From NCBI GenBank assembly GCA_021827495.1, contig JAKAVN010000001.1, positions 9,954-73,953 on the forward strand: a stretch of 64,000 nucleotides of DNA. The letters are read 5' to 3'. Numbering within the stretch: the first letter of the stretch is position 1; each line of letters begins with the position of its first letter. Made by a program: the position numbers and the translations under genes. Source of the DNA: Deltaproteobacteria bacterium. Lineage in GTDB: Bacteria > Desulfobacterota > Binatia > Binatales > Binataceae. Positions 37,570 to 51,039 of the stretch are shown one piece after another. The notes beneath the pieces are model-generated. The model was not told where the DNA came from, made no database searches, and saw only the letters and a program-made list of their open reading frames with translations.

Positions 37570-39240
37570 CTATTTAACTGCTTTGAGTTTGCGCCGCCCG
37601 TGGCGGCCCGAGACCAGCCGCCGCGCGGCCTCGCCGAGCGTCCCCGCGCGATGCGATCGGCTGTACTGCTCCAGGGTTAGGCCGTGCGCCGCTTCCAGAG
37701 CGACCGACAGCGCTGCAAGCACGCATACTTCGGCAAGCACGCTGATGCGCGGCGCGAGGCCGAGCACGCCGCCTTCCTGCTGGACCGGCACCTTGATCAC
37801 GAGGTCGGCGAGGTGCGAAAGCTCGGAAGCCGGGTTGCCGGTCACCGCGATGAGCTGGGCGCCATGCTCCTTGATTGCCGCGGTGGCCTCGCACAGCTCG
37901 CGCGTGTTGCCGCTGTTGGAGATCGCGATGACGACGTCCCTGGGATCGACCTGGCCGAGACTGCCGTGCAGGGTTTCAGTCGCGTGCAGGAAGGTCGCTT
38001 GCGTGCCGATCGAACACAGCAGACTCGCCGCGTAGCGCGCGACGTGCTCCGGCTTGCCGACCCCGGTCAGGTGGACGCGGCCGCCGCGCGCTTCGGCGGT
38101 GCGAATCATGTCGACCGCGGCGCGAATCTGGTCGAGATCGATTTCGCGCCGCAGCGTCCCAAGCTCGCTCAGGCACAGTTCCAGGAAGCGGTTGACCTCG
38201 CGCGAGGGATCCAGTGGTCCGTTCACCTCGGGTGGCGGCGCGAGGTCCGGCAGCGCCTGATCGGGCAGCGCACCGCGGAACAGCGCGAGCACCGCACCGC
38301 GCACCGCGAATCCAGGGGGAAACGCGCCCAACTGTCCCACGCATACCGCGCCTGCGGCGTTGGCCAGCGTCCCGATGGCGCGCCACGGCAGGCCCCACCG
38401 GAGCCCCGCGAGCATCCCGCCCAGAAAAGCATCGCCGGCGCCGGTTGTGTCGACCACTTTGACCTGGAACGCAGGCAGCTTGAGCGCCGTATCGCGCGCC
38501 GCGATCGCGCATCCCCGCTCGCCGTCGGTCACAACCACGGCCTGGCTCTGGTAGCGCGCGCGCATCAGCTCCGCGAGCCTAAGCGTATCGCGTCCCGCGC
38601 CCATCAACGCGCGCGCCGCGGGACGGGCCGGCTTGAGAATCGTCGCCAGCCGCAGCGCGCGCTCGAGTTCGGCGCGCGTGCCGAGCATCGGACAGGCATC
38701 GGCGGGTGGCAGATCGACGTCGAGCACGCTCGGAATCGAATTGGCCCGCGCGAACAGCAGCAGGGCGATCACGGTGCGCAGCGGGAGCTGCGAAATTTCG
38801 CTCGAGACCATCCAGGCGTGGCGGATGAAGCCTGCGTGGCGGCGGCGAATCTCGCCGGGCGCAAGCTCGGCGGTGGCGCCGCGCGCCATGTAGATCGCAC
38901 GGCCGCCGCCCGCGTCGACGAAGACCTTGGCAAACGAGCTGGCCGAACCGTCGGTGGTGAGATGATGCCGTATCCCGAGCTGTTCGATCCCGCGGCGCAG
39001 AAACTCGCCGTGGCGGTCAGCGCCAATTTTGCCGAACACCCCGGCCTCGAGCCCCAGCACGCGCGCCCATCCGAGATGGTTGAGCACCAAGCCGCCGACC
39101 GCCGCGCGCTCCATCCGGCCGTCGCCGTGATGGGCGTCGAGCGCGACTTTCTGCTCGGCGCGGACGAACTTCGGCGTGCGGTAGAACAAGTCCACCACCA
39201 TGCTGCCGCAGCCGGCGACGTCGAGGTTTGCTTCAGCCAT
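37570..39240 (-). CDS. PfkB-family carbohydrate kinase fused to a KpsF/GutQ-like SIS sugar-phosphate isomerase domain
   Basis: VVDTTGAGDAF PfkB signature; C-terminal GVGKPEH...FLHATETLHGSLG...ISNSGNT...HRAGTLG resembles arabinose-5-phosphate isomerase. Confidence 0.85.
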   Translation of the reverse strand: MAEANLDVAGCGSMVVDLFYRTPKFVRAEQKVALDAHHGDGRMERAAVGGLVLNHLGWARVLGLEAGVFGKIGADRHGEFLRRGIEQLGIRHHLTTDGSASSFAKVFVDAGGGRAIYMARGATAELAPGEIRRRHAGFIRHAWMVSSEISQLPLRTVIALLLFARANSIPSVLDVDLPPADACPMLGTRAELERALRLATILKPARPAARALMGAGRDTLRLAELMRARYQSQAVVVTDGERGCAIAARDTALKLPAFQVKVVDTTGAGDAFLGGMLAGLRWGLPWRAIGTLANAAGAVCVGQLGAFPPGFAVRGAVLALFRGALPDQALPDLAPPPEVNGPLDPSREVNRFLELCLSELGTLRREIDLDQIRAAVDMIRTAEARGGRVHLTGVGKPEHVARYAASLLCSIGTQATFLHATETLHGSLGQVDPRDVVIAISNSGNTRELCEATAAIKEHGAQLIAVTGNPASELSHLADLVIKVPVQQEGGVLGLAPRISVLAEVCVLAALSVALEAAHGLTLEQYSRSHRAGTLGEAARRLVSGRHGRRKLKAVK

Positions 39241-40417
39241 CCTTAAGCGCGCGCCGCGTCTGCGGGCGCTCCGCGTCGAGTTCGCTCAGCCATCCGGGCT
39301 CGAGCGTGGCCGCCGCGCGCCGGCGCAGATCCTTGAAGCGGCGGGCAAACTCGCGCCGCTCGGCGCCGCTGAGCGCGGGGGTTCCCGGCGCAAGCGCTTC
39401 GCTCCGGCATACGCCCATCTCGGCCAGCGCCGCTTTGAGGCAGGCGAGGGTGGGGCGGAAGCTGTGGCCGGCGCGGCTGAATTCGCACGCGGCGCGGAAC
39501 TCCTCGAGCACCTGGGCGTAGCGATGCATCAGGGCGGGATCGCCGTTGCGGCACACCCGCAGCGCGCGCTGCCACTCGCGCGGCATCGCGTTGCTGGGTC
39601 CGGCGACGATTCCGTAGGGCAGCGAATCGCGGGTCCAGTAGCGGTTCCAGTAATGCCGCGTCCAGCCGCGCGCGCCCGCGGGCGGCGCGAACAGATCGAA
39701 AATCAGATATGGGTCACCGGCGTAAATCGCGAAATCGCCGTGGCGGTTGAAGTGCGCCGCCGCGCGCGTGTAGTTGCCGAGCACCGCTTTGCCGGCGGTG
39801 ACTTTGACCCCGCGCACGTAATCCATCCGGCTCATCTGCTTGATGTCGCGCGTGTGCATGTGCGGCGCGCGGCCGGGCGCGGCGATCTCGGCGTTGTCGT
39901 AGAGGAAGACCGGGATGCGCCGCTGGCAGCGCTCGAACAGCGCGTCGATCTCGCGGTTGACGAAACCGACCGGATCGTCCGAGTCGCGAATCGACAGCGG
40001 TGCGACCACCACCGCCGCGGCCTTCAGCTCCAGCGCATACTCGAGATTCTCCAGCGTCTCGGCGCGCGTATGCCCGGTGATGCCGACCCAGGCCTCGACC
40101 GCCACGCCGGCGGCGTTGATGCGGCGGCATTCGTCGACCACCACGCGCGCGATTTGCTGGCGGCGCGGATTGTCCAGCTTGTCCCATTCGCCGGTGGTGC
40201 CGGCGGCGAAAATGATGTTGGCGCCGTGGCCGCGCTGCACTGCCCAGCGCACGACCGCGCGCTGCTCGTCCTCGAGCACCGCTCCCGTGCGATCGAGAAT
40301 GGTGACGACGGGCGTCGACAGCCCCGCGTTAGGCACGTAGCGCTGAACTTCCTGCGCGCCCGCGCGCCGCGCCCCCAGCCGCTGTCCAACAAGCTTGAGT
40401 GGTGTCGAATCTGTCAT
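39233..40417 (-). CDS. DHDPS/NAL-family class I aldolase
   Basis: GTTGE, FLYDN (catalytic Tyr) and GVKVT (Schiff-base Lys); 8-bp overlap with the PfkB-SIS gene. Confidence 0.85.
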   Translation of the reverse strand: MTDSTPLKLVGQRLGARRAGAQEVQRYVPNAGLSTPVVTILDRTGAVLEDEQRAVVRWAVQRGHGANIIFAAGTTGEWDKLDNPRRQQIARVVVDECRRINAAGVAVEAWVGITGHTRAETLENLEYALELKAAAVVVAPLSIRDSDDPVGFVNREIDALFERCQRRIPVFLYDNAEIAAPGRAPHMHTRDIKQMSRMDYVRGVKVTAGKAVLGNYTRAAAHFNRHGDFAIYAGDPYLIFDLFAPPAGARGWTRHYWNRYWTRDSLPYGIVAGPSNAMPREWQRALRVCRNGDPALMHRYAQVLEEFRAACEFSRAGHSFRPTLACLKAALAEMGVCRSEALAPGTPALSGAERREFARRFKDLRRRAAATLEPGWLSELDAERPQTRRALKDG

Positions 40418-40482
40418 CGCGCCTCGCAGCCGAAAGGGCGGTTCAACAAAAATTCCTCAATAAAAATCCGCTTGGCCCGGGA

Positions 40483-41274
40483 TCACAGAATCCCCAGGCC
40501 AACCCGCGTGATGAACGTATGTTTGCCCTCCCGGTCCACACTATATTTGCTAAGCTGGGCTTCAATACGCAACCGGTAATGGCCATCCTTGGCCAGCGCG
40601 CCGGTGGGCAGGTTGTTGGCCCACAAGGACTTTTTGCAGGCGGCGATCACGAGGTCATCGACCGCGGCGAGTCCGGAATGCTGCTGGTAAATAAGCTCCT
40701 TTAGCTGGCCCTTGTGGTTGAGGATGGCGGTCACGATCACGGGCTTGAGCTCGTCCGGCAACTGCATCGTTACGATCGGCTCCTGGTTCTCCAACTTGAC
40801 CATCGCTTTGAGCATCTGCGTGAGGATCATGTCCACGAAGCCGGGATACTCGGCCGCCTTGGCATTGAGCAGCCGCTCCTGGGCGTGCGGGATCGGGGTC
40901 TCGGTGTAGCGCGAGGATTCGGGATGGTTCAGGAACAGCCGGCGCAGCGTTGAGGGCGTGTCGTCCCCGAGGGCGTGCGCGCCCATCGAGAGGGCCTCAC
41001 CCCGGGGCGGGGTGGCTTTCAGCACCTGCGCGGCGTTGTTGAGCGAGGCGGCGTCGGCATTTTGGGATGAAAGCTGCGAGAGATCCGTGATGACGTGCGG
41101 TGAGCCGGGAGCGGCGGGCGGCGACGGCGGAGCGACCGTCGTCGGGGTTTGCCAGGAGCATCCGGCGGCCATCGTCAGCGCGAGAACTGCCGCGCTCAGC
41201 GTAGCCGCCGCGCTCGTCATCGCCGCGCGCACCCCGGCGGGGAGCCGGGCCATCAAACCGTGTTGCATTGCCAT
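40483..41274 (-). CDS. Hypothetical lipoprotein with TonB-C-terminal-like domain (start uncertain: 41220-41274)
   Basis: AAGC lipobox; VIVTAILNHKGQL...QHSGLAAVDDLVIAAC resembles the TonB_C fold. Confidence 0.6.
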   Translation of the reverse strand: MAMQHGLMARLPAGVRAAMTSAAATLSAAVLALTMAAGCSWQTPTTVAPPSPPAAPGSPHVITDLSQLSSQNADAASLNNAAQVLKATPPRGEALSMGAHALGDDTPSTLRRLFLNHPESSRYTETPIPHAQERLLNAKAAEYPGFVDMILTQMLKAMVKLENQEPIVTMQLPDELKPVIVTAILNHKGQLKELIYQQHSGLAAVDDLVIAACKKSLWANNLPTGALAKDGHYRLRIEAQLSKYSVDREGKHTFITRVGLGIL

Positions 41275-41483
41275 CCTGATGGAGAAATCTCGTGATGCCA
41301 CACGCGGCGCAATCGCGCGCCGCAAGCGCACGATTGTAATACCGAACCGCCGCCGCGGACAATTGCCCCGTGCGCGCCCCCTTACCTCGTGCGAGGCGCG
41401 GGCCGGGGGCGGCACATGACAAACCGGCGGTGCGTGATTATCTTAGGCGCAGGTTAATCGGGGGGCGGCCCGCTGCGGGTGAA

Positions 41484-41512
41484 TTGAGTGGCTCGCCGCC
41501 CGATGGTATACT
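41484..41512 (+). promoter_or_regulatory. Sigma70 promoter of the rpmE-prfA operon
   Basis: TTGAGT-17 bp-TATACT, with AAGGAAGG RBS downstream. Confidence 0.7.
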
Positions 41513-41533
41513 CCCACGCACATAAGGAAGGAC

Positions 41534-41734
41534 ATGAAACCCGCGATTCATCCCGAATACCATCGCTGCGTAGTCACCTGCGCGTGCGGCAACACGTTCG
41601 AGACGCGCTCGACGGTGGATCAACTGCAAGTCGAGGTTTGCTCGAAGTGCCACCCCTTCTATACCGGCACGCAACGGCTGGTCGACACGGCCGGCCGGAT
41701 CGAGCGCTTCAATCGCAAGTACGGTCGTCAGTAG
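41534..41734 (+). CDS. rpmE: 50S ribosomal protein L31 (Zn-binding type)
   Basis: [32 protein letters not shown]. Confidence 0.97.
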   Translation: MKPAIHPEYHRCVVTCACGNTFETRSTVDQLQVEVCSKCHPFYTGTQRLVDTAGRIERFNRKYGRQ

Positions 41735-41887
41735 CATAGCAACTCCCGCTGCCCGCGGCGCATCACGATGCGTCCGGGCGGGCGGGGGATCGGTCTTGAT
41801 GGCGCGGCTGGCCCGATACCTGGTAGCCGCGCTAAATTTTTGCCCCGTGCGACGCTGAAGCCTGGCGCCGCCACGACGCAGGTGCCG

Positions 41888-42949
41888 ATGCTCGACAAGC
41901 TCAAAGGAATCGAAGAGCGCTTCAGCGAACTGGAGCGGCGCATCAGCGACCCGGCGGTAATCGCCAACAACCGCGAATATGCCCAGCTCGCCCGCGAGCG
42001 TTCCTCGCTCCAGGAGGTGATCGGCGCCATCCGCGAGTATCGCCGCGTCCTTAACGACATCGCCGAGCATCGCGCGCTGCTCGAGGGCGACGACGAGGAT
42101 CTGCGCGAGCTGGCCAAGGGCGAGCTGCCGGCGCTGCAAAAGCGCCAAGCCGAGCTGGAAGAGCGGATCAGGACGCTGATCACGCCGCGCGACCCCAATG
42201 ACGACCGCAACGTCCTGCTCGAAATTCGCGCCGGCACCGGCGGCGGGGAAGCCTCGCTCTTCGCCGGCGAACTGTTCCGGATGTACACGCGCTACGCCGA
42301 GCGCCATCGATGGAAGGTCGAGGCGCTGAGCCTCAGCTCGACCGGGCTTGGCGGTATCAAGGAAGTGATCGCGCTCATCGCCGGCCACGGCGCCTACAGC
42401 CGGCTCAAGTTCGAGGGCGGAGTACATCGCGTCCAGCGCGTGCCCGCCACCGAAGGCTCGGGCCGCATCCATACCTCGGCCGTGACGGTCGCCGTGATGC
42501 CCGAGGCCGACGAGGTCGAGGTCAATATCAACGAGGAGAAAGACCTGCGCATCGACGTGATGCGTGCTTCGGGGCCGGGCGGCCAGAGCGTCAACACCAC
42601 CGACTCGGCCGTGCGTATCACCCACCTTCCCACCGGCATGGTGATCGTCTGCCGCGACGAAAAATCGCAGCACAAGAACAAGGCGCGGGCGCTCAAGATT
42701 CTGCGCGCGCGCCTGCTCGAACGGGCGCAAGCCGAGCAGGAAGCCAAAATCGCCGCCACGCGCCGCTCGATGGTCGGCACCGGCGATCGCTCCGAGCGCA
42801 TCCGTACCTATAACTTTCCGCAGTCCCGCGTTACTGACCATCGCGTCAACCTGACGCTCCATCAGCTCGACCAGGTGCTCGACGGCGCGATCGATCCGAT
42901 TATCGACGCGCTCGCCACCCGCGAGCAGGCCGAGGCGCTGAGCGCGTAA
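41888..42949 (+). CDS. prfA: Peptide chain release factor 1
   Basis: [18 protein letters not shown] (PxT), [13 protein letters not shown]. Confidence 0.97.
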   Translation: MLDKLKGIEERFSELERRISDPAVIANNREYAQLARERSSLQEVIGAIREYRRVLNDIAEHRALLEGDDEDLRELAKGELPALQKRQAELEERIRTLITPRDPNDDRNVLLEIRAGTGGGEASLFAGELFRMYTRYAERHRWKVEALSLSSTGLGGIKEVIALIAGHGAYSRLKFEGGVHRVQRVPATEGSGRIHTSAVTVAVMPEADEVEVNINEEKDLRIDVMRASGPGGQSVNTTDSAVRITHLPTGMVIVCRDEKSQHKNKARALKILRARLLERAQAEQEAKIAATRRSMVGTGDRSERIRTYNFPQSRVTDHRVNLTLHQLDQVLDGAIDPIIDALATREQAEALSA

Positions 42950-42954
42950 CGCGG

Positions 42955-43854
42955 ATGAATCCCGAAACCATCGCGAGGCGACGGGCGGGCGAAGGCGCAG
43001 CCGCGGCGGCGGCGGTTGCGGCTGCGGTGCGGCGCCTTGCGCGGGCCGGCGCCGCGAGCGCGCGGCTCGACGCCGAGTTGCTGATGGCCGCGGCGGCGCA
43101 CACCTCGCGCGCGGCGTTGGTCGCCGGGTCCGCGCGGGTCGATCAACCGGCGCTCGAGCGCTTCGAACGGATGCTCGCGCGGCGCGAGGCCCGCGAGCCG
43201 CTCGCCTATATCGTTGGCCAGCGCGAGTTCTTTTCGCTCGACTTCGCGGTCTGCCCCGGCGTACTCATCCCGCGTCCCGAGACCGAGACCGTGGTCGAGG
43301 CCGCCCTGGATTTCCTCAATGCGCGCTCGAGCGCGACGGTCCTCGACCTCGGCACCGGCTCGGGCGCGATCGCGATCGCGATCGCCAAAAGCGCGCCGGC
43401 GGCGCGCATCGTCGCATCGGACATATCTAAAGTGTCGCTTGAAGTCGCGATGGGCAACGCGCGGCGCCATCGATGCGTCGACCGGATCGTCTTTCTTGAG
43501 AGCGATTGCTTCGCCGCGCTGGAGAAAGGCTGGGACGGTTCGCCATTCGACCTCATCGTTGCCAATCCGCCCTACATCGCCGAGACTGGGTTCGCCACGC
43601 TGGAGCCCGAGGTGCGCGACTTCGAACCGCGTATCGCGCTCGCGGGTGGGCGTGACGGAATGGATTTCTATCGCACGATCTCGAGGGGGCTTGCGCGATG
43701 GCTCAGGCGCGGTGGTGAAGTGATGCTTGAGGTTGGCGCAGGGCAGGCGGATGCAGTCGAGGGGATGATGCGCGCGGCCGGATGCGCCGCGGGCGCGCGG
43801 GTGCGCGATCTGGCGGGGGTCGAGCGCGTGGTGCGGATGCGGCGCGCGCTTTAG
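42955..43854 (+). CDS. prmC: Release factor glutamine methyltransferase
   Basis: EPLAYI, VLIPRPETE, DLGTGSG, NPPY. Confidence 0.95.
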   Translation: MNPETIARRRAGEGAAAAAAVAAAVRRLARAGAASARLDAELLMAAAAHTSRAALVAGSARVDQPALERFERMLARREAREPLAYIVGQREFFSLDFAVCPGVLIPRPETETVVEAALDFLNARSSATVLDLGTGSGAIAIAIAKSAPAARIVASDISKVSLEVAMGNARRHRCVDRIVFLESDCFAALEKGWDGSPFDLIVANPPYIAETGFATLEPEVRDFEPRIALAGGRDGMDFYRTISRGLARWLRRGGEVMLEVGAGQADAVEGMMRAAGCAAGARVRDLAGVERVVRMRRAL

Positions 43855-43939
43855 TCGCGCGTTTTAGTGTGGATAAGAGCGGGGAAACGCGGGCGGTCGG
43901 GAGGACGATCCGGCGCGCGGCGGGAATCTACAGCTTCAA

Positions 43940-46530
<2,591 letters not shown>

Positions 46531-46547
46531 AGAAGCAACTTTTTAAG

Positions 46548-47671
<1,124 letters not shown>

Positions 47672-47799
47672 GGGCCGCGCTGACCGCGATTCAATGCGGA
47701 CGCCGCCGCCGCCTCCGTTGGCGCCAATGGGCCAGCGTGATCGGCGCGAAGCCATTCGTGCTATAACCGCTGCCGTTGGTTCGCGAGGAGGAGGAATCG

Positions 47800-48039
47800 A
47801 TGCCGCGCAAGCTACGGCTGGTCAAGGGCGCTGCGGAGCGCGCCGCGCTGGTCTACGGGATGCGAATCTTTGCCCACAACGACGTGGCGGCCGTCGAGGA
47901 CGCACAGGTGCGGCTCAACGACGGCAGCAGCGGGCGGGTCACGATGCACTTCATCGAGGGCACGCGCGCGCAGATTCGCCGCCAGCTCATGCAGAGCATC
48001 GATGCCTTTTTCGAACTGCTCGGCGACGAGGAACGCTAG
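47800..48039 (+). CDS. Small hypothetical protein (79 aa)
   Basis: Strong GAGGAGGAGG RBS, high GC3 codon usage, globular-looking sequence. Confidence 0.7.
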   Translation: MPRKLRLVKGAAERAALVYGMRIFAHNDVAAVEDAQVRLNDGSSGRVTMHFIEGTRAQIRRQLMQSIDAFFELLGDEER

Positions 48040-48119
48040 CGCGGCGCGGACCCACAGCCGGATCGGGAAGCAGAGATCATTAGCAACAAGAACCGCCAAG
48101 GGAAAGAGAGAGGTAAGCG

Positions 48120-48899
48120 ATGGAGCTCAAGTTCATTAAGTACGAGAAGCGCGGCCACGTGGCCTATATCACGCTCAACCGCCCCGAGGTGATGAACGCA
48201 CTGCATCCGCCATGCCATCCGGAGATGGGCCAGATTTGGGACGACTTTGTGGGCGATAAGCAGTTGTGGGTTGCGATCCTCACCGGGGCCGGCGAGCGCG
48301 CGTTTTCCGCAGGCAACGATCTTAAGTGGACCGCCGAACATCGCGGCGAGACCTTGGATATGGGCAAGCACGGTTTCGCCGGCATCACCTCACGTTTCGA
48401 CATTACCAAGCCGATCATCGCCGCGGTCAACGGCTTCGCGCTGGGCGGCGGATGCGAGATCGCGCTCGCCTGCGACATCATCGTCGCCGCCGACCACGCG
48501 CGCCTGGGACTGCCCGAGCCGCGGGTCGGCCTGATGGCGGGCGCCGGCGGCGTCCATCGCTTGCCGCGCCACATCCCGCTCAAGATCGCGATGGGCATGA
48601 TCCTGACCGGCAAGCACCTCAGCGCCCAGGAGGCCCATCGATGGGGCCTCGTGAACGAGGTCGTTCCGCTGAAAGACCTGATGGCGGCGGCTGAGCGATG
48701 GGCCGGGGAAATCATGGAATGCTCGCCGGTGTCGGTGCAGGCGAGCAAGGAAGCCGCGATGCGGGGGCTCGAGATGCCGCTGGAGAAGGCCTGCGCGCAC
48801 AGCTTCCCCGCGACTACGAAATTGTGGCAATCGAAGGACGTGATCGAAGGACCGCTCGCGTTTGCACAGAAGCGCAAGCCGCAGTGGAAGGGCGAGTAG
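48120..48899 (+). CDS. Enoyl-CoA hydratase/isomerase (CaiD-like)
   Basis: ITLNRPEVMNAL, FSAGNDL, NGFALGGGCE, LGLPEPRVG. Confidence 0.93.
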   Translation: MELKFIKYEKRGHVAYITLNRPEVMNALHPPCHPEMGQIWDDFVGDKQLWVAILTGAGERAFSAGNDLKWTAEHRGETLDMGKHGFAGITSRFDITKPIIAAVNGFALGGGCEIALACDIIVAADHARLGLPEPRVGLMAGAGGVHRLPRHIPLKIAMGMILTGKHLSAQEAHRWGLVNEVVPLKDLMAAAERWAGEIMECSPVSVQASKEAAMRGLEMPLEKACAHSFPATTKLWQSKDVIEGPLAFAQKRKPQWKGE

Positions 48900-48946
48900 C
48901 GCGTGCGCGGCCGCGGCGGCTATAAGTGCGGCGGGGAGATCGAACG

Positions 48947-49360
48947 ATGGATCCGCTTTCGGTTCTCGAAGAGAAAAAAATGCCGTTCGCCGAGCTGCTC
49001 GGCATACGAATTCTGAGCGCCGCGCCGGAGCGCGTCACCGCCGAGATGGCCGTGCGCGACAACCTCTGCACGGTTCCTGCGGTGCTGCATGGCGGAGCGC
49101 TGATGGCGCTGGCCGACTCGCTCGGCGCCTATGTGACGCTGCTCAACCTTGCCGCGGGCGCGAGCACCACCACCATCGAGTCGAAAACTAATTTTCTCGC
49201 GTCCGCTCCCGCCGGCACGACCGTCACCGGCGAGTGCGCGGCGGTGCATCGCGGCCGCCGCACGATGGTCTGGCAGACGCGGATCACCAACGCCCAGGGC
49301 AAACTGCTCGCGATCGTGACGCAGACTCAGATGGTGCTCGAGGCGCCCGCGCGCGGTTGA
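48947..49360 (+). CDS. PaaI-family thioesterase
   Basis: LHGGALMALAD, TTIESKTNF, HRGRRTMVW. Confidence 0.92.
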   Translation: MDPLSVLEEKKMPFAELLGIRILSAAPERVTAEMAVRDNLCTVPAVLHGGALMALADSLGAYVTLLNLAAGASTTTIESKTNFLASAPAGTTVTGECAAVHRGRRTMVWQTRITNAQGKLLAIVTQTQMVLEAPARG

Positions 49361-49417
49361 CCTCGGCGCGGCGGAAAGACTGTGATGGTCCATTCCACCC
49401 AGAGGAGCATCCGCCGG

Positions 49418-49894
49418 ATGATGACCCGTCGTGAGCTGATGAAAGCGATGGGCCGATCGGCCGCCGTCGCCGCGCAACTGTTCGCCGCGCTGGCGCTGGC
49501 CCAGGCCGCCGAGGGCGGTGGGCAGCAGGAGGGCAAAGTCATCTCGGGCCCGGGAGCGTCGGACAAGGGCGTCACGGTGCGCGCGATCCTGCAGCACGAT
49601 TTGCCCGACGTGCCGGGCAAGCAGCTCAGCGTGGTGACGGTCGATTTCGCGCCGGGAGCCGCTTCTTCGGCGCATCGCCATCCCGGCTCGGTCGTCGCCT
49701 ATGTGCTGGAGGGCGCGGTGGTGAGCGAGGTCGATCCGGGCAAGCCTGCCACCTATAAGGCCGGGCAGTCGTGGTACGAACTGCCGATGCACACGCATCG
49801 CATCGCGCGCAACGCGAGCAAGCGCCGCCCGGCGAAAATCCTCGCGGTCCTCATCTCGGAGAAGGGCCAGGAACTGGTGCTGCCGCCGGTTTAG
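49418..49894 (+). CDS. Cupin-domain protein with Tat-like signal
   Basis: MTRRELMK leader; HRHPG...YVLEG...GQSWYE...H cupin motifs. Confidence 0.85.
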   Translation: MMTRRELMKAMGRSAAVAAQLFAALALAQAAEGGGQQEGKVISGPGASDKGVTVRAILQHDLPDVPGKQLSVVTVDFAPGAASSAHRHPGSVVAYVLEGAVVSEVDPGKPATYKAGQSWYELPMHTHRIARNASKRRPAKILAVLISEKGQELVLPPV

Positions 49895-50143
49895 CTTCGG
49901 CGGAGGGCGAAGGCGAAGCGGCGTCGGCTGCCGGGTCGAGCCCGGCGAGCGCCGTGCGCGGGAAAACCATCAGTAGGAGATTTTATCTTTCGGGCGAGTG
50001 TTTGCCCGCGTGATACGCCAGCGGATAGGGATAGAAGACCTGCGCGGCCTGCGGGCCGTACTTCGCGATGGCCGCGCGGACGGCTCTGCGGCCGCCGGCC
50101 TCAGCGCTCACGCGACCATCCGCTGGCAGGTTCTCCTCTTTAG

Positions 50144-50262
50144 CAGGTTGCGGAAAAACCCGGCGAAAGACGATTTCGGCGAAGAGTACGCATTACTACG
50201 ATCACGAGAGTGAGTGTTGGATTAATGTTGTCCGGGGTCAAAAACACTTTTTCCGCAACCTG
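50144..50262. mobile_element. MITE copy 2 (119 bp), perfect 15-bp TIRs, TTAG target duplication
   Basis: TTAG-CAGGTTGCGGAAAAA...TTTTTCCGCAACCTG-TTAG. Confidence 0.88.
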
Positions 50263-50784
50263 TTAGAACAGCGGACAGTTGCTTGGATCGGCTCCGTCTT
50301 TACAATACGTGTGAGTGAGAGGTCCGCCCAGCGAAGTGCATACACCATTTGCGTTATCACACAGAGTAGGATTGGTATAGCTAATTGAAAGCAACACGAC
50401 GTCCCCGTCCGCCGGACACGTCCCTCCCTGCGGCGGGTCGAAGTCGTAGGATTGCTGAATTACTCCCCGCCTGGATGCTGTCAACTCAAACGGTCCGTTT
50501 ACGTGTCCGGGTCCACTGTACGTTTGGGTGGCCATGATAGCACCTGCCGCAAGACAGCCAATGGTCACAGTGACTTCTCCGGTCACGGAGTAGTCGACTG
50601 TACTATAAGGAGGCAGCCCGGATTCGCGCCACGAATAGTATAAGTCACCGATTTCGTGGGGCACGGACCGTGCAAAGTTGACTTGGGCGCGGGTCAAATC
50701 GAACTGCGCAGCCCGTGCGCCGCAGCAGATCAACATGAGTAGTGTACTGGCGCAAGCAACAGCCCCAAGCCGAACAAATTTCAT
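50263..50784 (-). CDS. Secreted Cys-containing hypothetical protein (lower GC)
   Basis: Signal peptide ending ARA-A; six Cys in the mature part; stop codon lies in the MITE target duplication. Confidence 0.65.
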   Translation of the reverse strand: MKFVRLGAVACASTLLMLICCGARAAQFDLTRAQVNFARSVPHEIGDLYYSWRESGLPPYSTVDYSVTGEVTVTIGCLAAGAIMATQTYSGPGHVNGPFELTASRRGVIQQSYDFDPPQGGTCPADGDVVLLSISYTNPTLCDNANGVCTSLGGPLTHTYCKDGADPSNCPLF

Positions 50785-51039
50785 AGGCGTCTTCCGGCCC
50801 CGTCTCCGAACGATTGACGTTGCAAGAACGCAAGGGGCGTGCCGATGCAGGAGGATTGCTGGCCGCGCATGTCCTGGCAATGACGTGGGGACAGGTTTGC
50901 GCAGGTTTGCGCGAAGGGACGTTTACGGATCGAGAGTGCCCGTAAAGGCGCGGTCAGAATGGAAGTGATCATGGCGGCGAAAGCGGCAGAATGCGGGCGC
51001 ACGCAAACCGATTAGCCGGCGGATGTGACAAAAAGTTGG

